From NCBI GenBank assembly GCA_000175855.1, contig ACYB01000035.1:120001-152000 (forward strand): a stretch of 32,000 nt of DNA, written 5' to 3'. The notes under the pieces are model-generated. The model searched no databases, was not told where the DNA came from, and was given only the letters and a program-made list of their open reading frames with translations. This document shows positions 29,301 through 32,000 of this stretch, in pieces. A program made the position numbers and the translations under genes. Position 1 is the stretch's first letter. Every line of letters begins with the position of its first letter. This stretch comes from Raphidiopsis brookii D9 (GTDB taxonomy: Bacteria > Cyanobacteriota > Cyanobacteriia > Cyanobacteriales > Nostocaceae).

Positions 29301-29533
29301 AGGATTCCTTTTAGCTCTAATTGGCGCAATAGATCTGTTTGGTTTTCAACAGTGGAATGGAAGTTTCCCGTTCTAGCAGCAATTAATTGAGTTAAGAGTT
29401 GGCCAAAGTAGCACAATTTAACTAAACAAGTTTTGGGTTGATTCCACACATAGCCCTCAGCTAAAACACTAAGACGTAATAACTGTAAATCATGGGATTG
29501 CAAAAATTGGAAATTAACAGATGCTGTTATCAT
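25694..29533 (-). CDS. 1279-aa multidomain protein: DUF4145-like N-terminal domain, coiled linker, 23 TPR repeats and a C-terminal FGE-sulfatase (SUMF1-like) domain
   Basis: Intact ORF. Its ATG overlaps the upstream helicase stop (ATGA). See the domain sub-features below. Confidence 0.85.
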   Translation of the reverse strand: MITASVNFQFLQSHDLQLLRLSVLAEGYVWNQPKTCLVKLCYFGQLLTQLIAARTGNFHSTVENQTDLLRQLELKGILPQKVALLFHQVRVVSDRATYEHTSDPSQALTILKIARELAIWFHRTFGGNTTFTPNPFISPPDPVDYRTELETLQHVETEFEQALATFSLHLAQLQVISSTLSPRQTDTIISLGNQAVLEIDLEENAHTYLCRGIARSDLGDNRGAINDFTQSISINSNLPQPYMERGIARTNLGDGQGAIDDFNQALDINPNLALAAYSRGVAHRDMGYLQKAIEDFNQTLHLNSAFFDAYTKRGLARYDLGDKQGAIDDFNQVITINPHFADGYAARGLVYCDLRNYQEAINDFNQTIRINPNYAQAYHNRGVARSQLGDKQGAIDDYTHSLNLNPKFASAYYNRGIIRSDLGSQKAAMDDYTQAIKIDPNYAQAYNNRGAIRTYLGNYQGAIDDYIQALRVDSNYAEVYHNWGTTRINLEDNQGAIDDYTQALNINPNYAQAYYGRGIARFNLGDKQGAIDDYTQALNINPNYAQAYYNRGIARTSLGDKQGAVDDYTQALNINPNYDQAYYAWGMVCSELGDKPGAVNNYTQALNINPDDPETYIARGLTRSELGDNQGAIDDYTQALNLNPDYAYIYNNRGVVRSDIADYQRAIDDYTQALNISPDYADAYYNRGIAYYDLGNYQSAIDDYTRSIEIKPNCADTYVGRGTALYKLGDSQGAINDFHHALDIDASYADAYNNRGIVRYELGDYQGAINDFNHALNINPNYAQAYNNRGIVRYELRDNQGAMEDFNHAVNINSNYAQAYNNRGIVRICLGERQLAIEDFSQAIIIAYNYTESYINRGYARYELGNRQKAIEDFNQALNINPNYAQAYNNRGVAYTDLGDREWAKDDFSQAIQINPYYAEAYNNRAIVCYELGDHQGAIEDFNQALNINSNYVEAYNKRGNIRYELGDRQGAIEDFNRALNLGSLDLGENLKFWERGGLTLTIKLRNYLNLKILSFEVVSKKNFGEIIKTDASVIYFVEDLGDDITLEMVEIPGGTFTINSAENRGNPEESAEHLVTVPSFFMGKYEITQEQYQAVTGDNPSYFKGDKRPVERVKWNQAVDFCEKLSQITGRIYTLPSEAQWEYACRGGTSTEFHFGDNITTDLVNYHGDHKQSLAPQGQYRKQTTEVGSFPPNPFGLYDMHGNVWEWCLDHWHDHYQDIPKDSSPWVEKGIFGVFRGHVLRGGSWCDSAQHCGCGSRNRHLSDKNNLGFRVVCSNHNR
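26576..28921 (-). repeat. array of 23 contiguous, in-phase 34-codon (102-bp) TPR units
   Basis: Every unit fits A.AY.NRG..R..LGD.QGAI.D(F/Y).QAL.INPNY with no spacer residues (aa 205-986). A 37-bp identical core, ttaggattaatattgagtgcttgagtataatcatcta, recurs at 27804, 27906 and 28008, exactly 102 bp apart. Confidence 0.9.
29159..29533 (-). other. DUF4145-like domain (aa 1-125 of the 1279-aa protein)
   Basis: The pattern FQFL..HDLQLLRLSVLAEGYVWNQPKTCLVKLCYFGQLLTQLIAARTG...NQTDLLRQLELKGILPQKVALLFHQVRVVSDRATYEH...ALTILKIARELAIWFHRTF follows the helical DUF4145 layout known from N-termini of type I restriction HsdR subunits. This is recognition by eye; no HMM was run. Confidence 0.55.
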
Positions 29534-32000
29534 ACCTCAATAATCTGGTATATTTTTAGGATAAATAAATATAAGTTTACCGGAGCTTGTTTAATTTTTT
29601 GTATTAACAAATCCACTTGTTGTCCCTTATTGCGGAACCATTCTGTTGACCAAATTCGATGAATAGTCCAACCCAGTCCTTCGAGAACTTTTTGTCTAAT
29701 ACGATCCCTATCTCGTGCTGTATGGGAACTGTGATAGGATGCACCATCGCACTCAATTCCCAATAGGAATTCTCCTGGAGAATCTTTGTGCGCAATAGCC
29801 AAATCAATTCGATAACCTGAACATCCGACTTGGGTACGGATTATATATTCCTGCAATGAGGAATGTCGGCTTATTGTTTCATATACATCTTCCTCAAATG
29901 GCGAATCAAATTTAAGTGTGTTGGTATAAGAATCACCCTGTAAACGCTCACCGCCAGTAGCAACATATTGTAAATAATCGCGCAGCATTCTGATACCTTC
30001 ACTTTCGGTACCAGCTAGGTCAATGTCACCTGCACCTATAGAAGATATTAAAACAATTTTGACTTTAGCCCGTGTAATAGCGACATTCAGCCTCCTTTCT
30101 CCACCTTTTTTGTTAAGCGGTCCAAAATTCAAAGTTAGTTTACCTTCACGATCGCGCCCATATCCAACACTAAGCAGAATTAGATCCCGCTCATCACCTT
30201 GTACATTTTCTAAAGCTTTGAGAAAAAACCGATCAGAGTCATCCCGACAAAAAGCTTCCAACTCGGGATTCTTTCTTACTAATATATCTATCTGTTCCTG
30301 AATGGCATTCTGTTGAGCTTGACTAAATGCGATAATCCCAAGGGACTGGTGAGAATTTTGTTCAAGATTTTTTCTAACATGTGCCAAGGTCAAATCAGCA
30401 ACAGTTTTTGCCTCAATTTGGTTATCTCTACGCCCACCGCGATCATAAATACCATCGGAGACGTACTCAAACCATACCCCCAACTCCTGATTTTGAATGG
30501 GGTTTGGAAATGTAACCAATTTTGAGTCATAAAAATGACGATTTGAAAAAGCAATTAATCTTTCATCTCGACTACGATAGTGCCACTTAAGTGTATATCC
30601 AAACATAAAGTTTGAACATTCATCTAAGACACTTTCATAATTTGCATCATCTTCATCATCTATATCTTCCTCATTCTCAACTCTGGAGAAAAAAGATGTT
30701 GGTGGAAGTTGCTTTCTATCGCCAATAACAATTACTTGATCGCAACGGATGATTGAAGAAACAACATCTTCAGTTCGCAGTTGTGAAGCTTCATCAAAAA
30801 TGAGAACGTCAAAGTGAATTGCACTAGGGTCAATGTACTTACTCACTGACAAAGGACTCATCATCCAGCAAGGCTTGAGGGTTGAAACCAGTTGTTTGAT
30901 ACCCTTTTCTTTGTCATTAAGAAGTTTACGAATCGGTAAGTGTTTCCGCTTTTTGGTTTCTTCTTTTCTCAATGTTCTCAACTCGGAACTACCATCTGTA
31001 GTTTCTTGAAACCTTTGCCACCTTTGTGCATGAATTTGTTTTAATCGTCGTTTAGCAATATCTAACTGACTATAGTCAAGTTCAGCAAAGTCTTTAATTT
31101 GCCGTTCATGCACATCAATTTTAAAGTTCTTCAACTCAGGTTTTTGAGCAAGAATGGAGTCAAGACAAGTTTGATAAATCAGTTTTTCCAGAGCTGTAAA
31201 CCAATAATTAGAATCGATCTTATTCCTACGCAAAGCATCCAAAAATTTCCTACATCCTAAATCTTCCAACTTTTGACAAGTTTCCTTGTAGGTCAGCCAC
31301 CCTTGCAGATCAGATAAACCAGAATGGGCAATATCCAAAAATTCTTTCAGTTTAGTAAGGGGGATTTTGTCGAAAGATAATCCGTCATCAGTGATATCAT
31401 TTTCCTGAAAATGCGACGATAAGAAATGAATTCCTTTCTCAATTTCCACAAAGTTTGATTCAAGCTTTTTAAGCAACTCCTGAACTTTACGTTTTCCTGA
31501 TGGAGAAACTAAAATGTTTTGGATATTTTCAACACAATCATCTAAAAAAGAATATTGCCGTAAATCAATTAACCAGCTTAAAGCCTCCTCAATAGTCCGT
31601 ACATCTGATTGTCTGGCAATTTCCGGATCGAACAGAGAACCAAAAGCTACACGAGCAGGGTAGTCACTTTGACTTAGCTTTATTCGAATATTTCTAACTT
31701 GCACTGCATGTGATAAATCTCGTTGTAATTCTAGATGAGAAACTGGGTGTTTTATAATTAATTTTTGTAAGTGCTGGCGATCTCTCCAATAGTTACGATT
31801 AAAAATACGAATCAGCCAGAAGCGGCTATAATTCTGATATCTTTGAGATAACTGAGGCAAATCTAGATCTGGAGAAAATAAGTCGGGAGAATATCTTTGT
31901 TTCAAGTGAGATTCAAAACTCTCAAGTACTTGAACATCATCTTTCAATTTTTTAATGGCATCTTCGGCATGGGAAATATTTATTTTAGACCAATTTTCTG
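29530..32000 (-). CDS. SF1 (Upf1/DNA2-like, AAA_11/AAA_12) helicase with C-terminal DUF559/Vsr-like endonuclease domain; 5' end outside the window
   Basis: The frame is open to the window edge (the codons upstream of the track's TTG at 31947 read ...KIGLKINISHAEDAIKKL). Helicase motifs: II FDEASQ (30784-30795 region), III VIVIGDRKQLPPT, WHYRSRDERLIAFSN, V GDERDLILLSVGYGRD, VI LNVAITRAKVKIVLISS. Walker A must lie beyond 32000. A long coiled insertion precedes motif II, as in DUF4011-type helicases. Confidence 0.85.
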   Translation of the reverse strand, partial: ENWSKINISHAEDAIKKLKDDVQVLESFESHLKQRYSPDLFSPDLDLPQLSQRYQNYSRFWLIRIFNRNYWRDRQHLQKLIIKHPVSHLELQRDLSHAVQVRNIRIKLSQSDYPARVAFGSLFDPEIARQSDVRTIEEALSWLIDLRQYSFLDDCVENIQNILVSPSGKRKVQELLKKLESNFVEIEKGIHFLSSHFQENDITDDGLSFDKIPLTKLKEFLDIAHSGLSDLQGWLTYKETCQKLEDLGCRKFLDALRRNKIDSNYWFTALEKLIYQTCLDSILAQKPELKNFKIDVHERQIKDFAELDYSQLDIAKRRLKQIHAQRWQRFQETTDGSSELRTLRKEETKKRKHLPIRKLLNDKEKGIKQLVSTLKPCWMMSPLSVSKYIDPSAIHFDVLIFDEASQLRTEDVVSSIIRCDQVIVIGDRKQLPPTSFFSRVENEEDIDDEDDANYESVLDECSNFMFGYTLKWHYRSRDERLIAFSNRHFYDSKLVTFPNPIQNQELGVWFEYVSDGIYDRGGRRDNQIEAKTVADLTLAHVRKNLEQNSHQSLGIIAFSQAQQNAIQEQIDILVRKNPELEAFCRDDSDRFFLKALENVQGDERDLILLSVGYGRDREGKLTLNFGPLNKKGGERRLNVAITRAKVKIVLISSIGAGDIDLAGTESEGIRMLRDYLQYVATGGERLQGDSYTNTLKFDSPFEEDVYETISRHSSLQEYIIRTQVGCSGYRIDLAIAHKDSPGEFLLGIECDGASYHSSHTARDRDRIRQKVLEGLGWTIHRIWSTEWFRNKGQQVDLLIQKIKQAPVNLYLFILKIYQIIEV
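29623..29901 (-). other. DUF559/Vsr-like (restriction-endonuclease fold) domain at the helicase C-terminus
   Basis: FEEDVYETI...GYRIDLAIAHKDSPGEFLLGIECDGASYHSSHTARDRDRIRQKVLEGLGWTIHRIWSTEW is the typical layout of the endonuclease module appended to DUF4011/Hhe-type helicases. Confidence 0.7.

Overview
This is an AT-rich chromosomal segment that looks like a filamentous (Nostocales-like) cyanobacterium. The evidence is 11 copies of the HIP1 palindrome GCGATCGC and the gene content: FtsH, ferredoxin-thioredoxin reductase FtrC, an apocarotenoid-type oxygenase, a BT1 transporter and an Lpt cluster. Positions 1 to about 25.7 kb are densely packed, ordinary housekeeping genes: birA, an M23 peptidase, ribE, pdxH, scpA, speA, ftsH, hydantoinase/oxoprolinase A and B, xth, ftrC, and lptA-like/lptB/lptFG. 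Five otherwise well-conserved genes are each split by a single 1-nt indel inside a homopolymer run: an AI-2E transporter, a sugar-phosphate nucleotidyltransferase, speA, hydantoinase A and xth. A heavily degraded HlyD-family relic lies next to ftsH. This pattern is either a homopolymer sequencing artefact or genome erosion. The most interesting biology is on the minus strand at 25.7-32.0 kb. It is a translationally coupled gene pair (ATGA overlap). The first gene is an SF1/Upf1-DNA2-like helicase with a C-terminal DUF559/Vsr-like endonuclease domain (Hhe-like); its 5' end lies outside the window. The second gene encodes a 1279-aa protein with an N-terminal DUF4145-like domain, 23 perfectly phased TPR repeats and a C-terminal FGE-sulfatase (SUMF1-like) domain. 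I propose this pair as a candidate uncharacterised helicase-nuclease conflict/defence module. That proposal rests only on domain content and gene arrangement. No tRNA, rRNA, CRISPR array or IS element was recognised.
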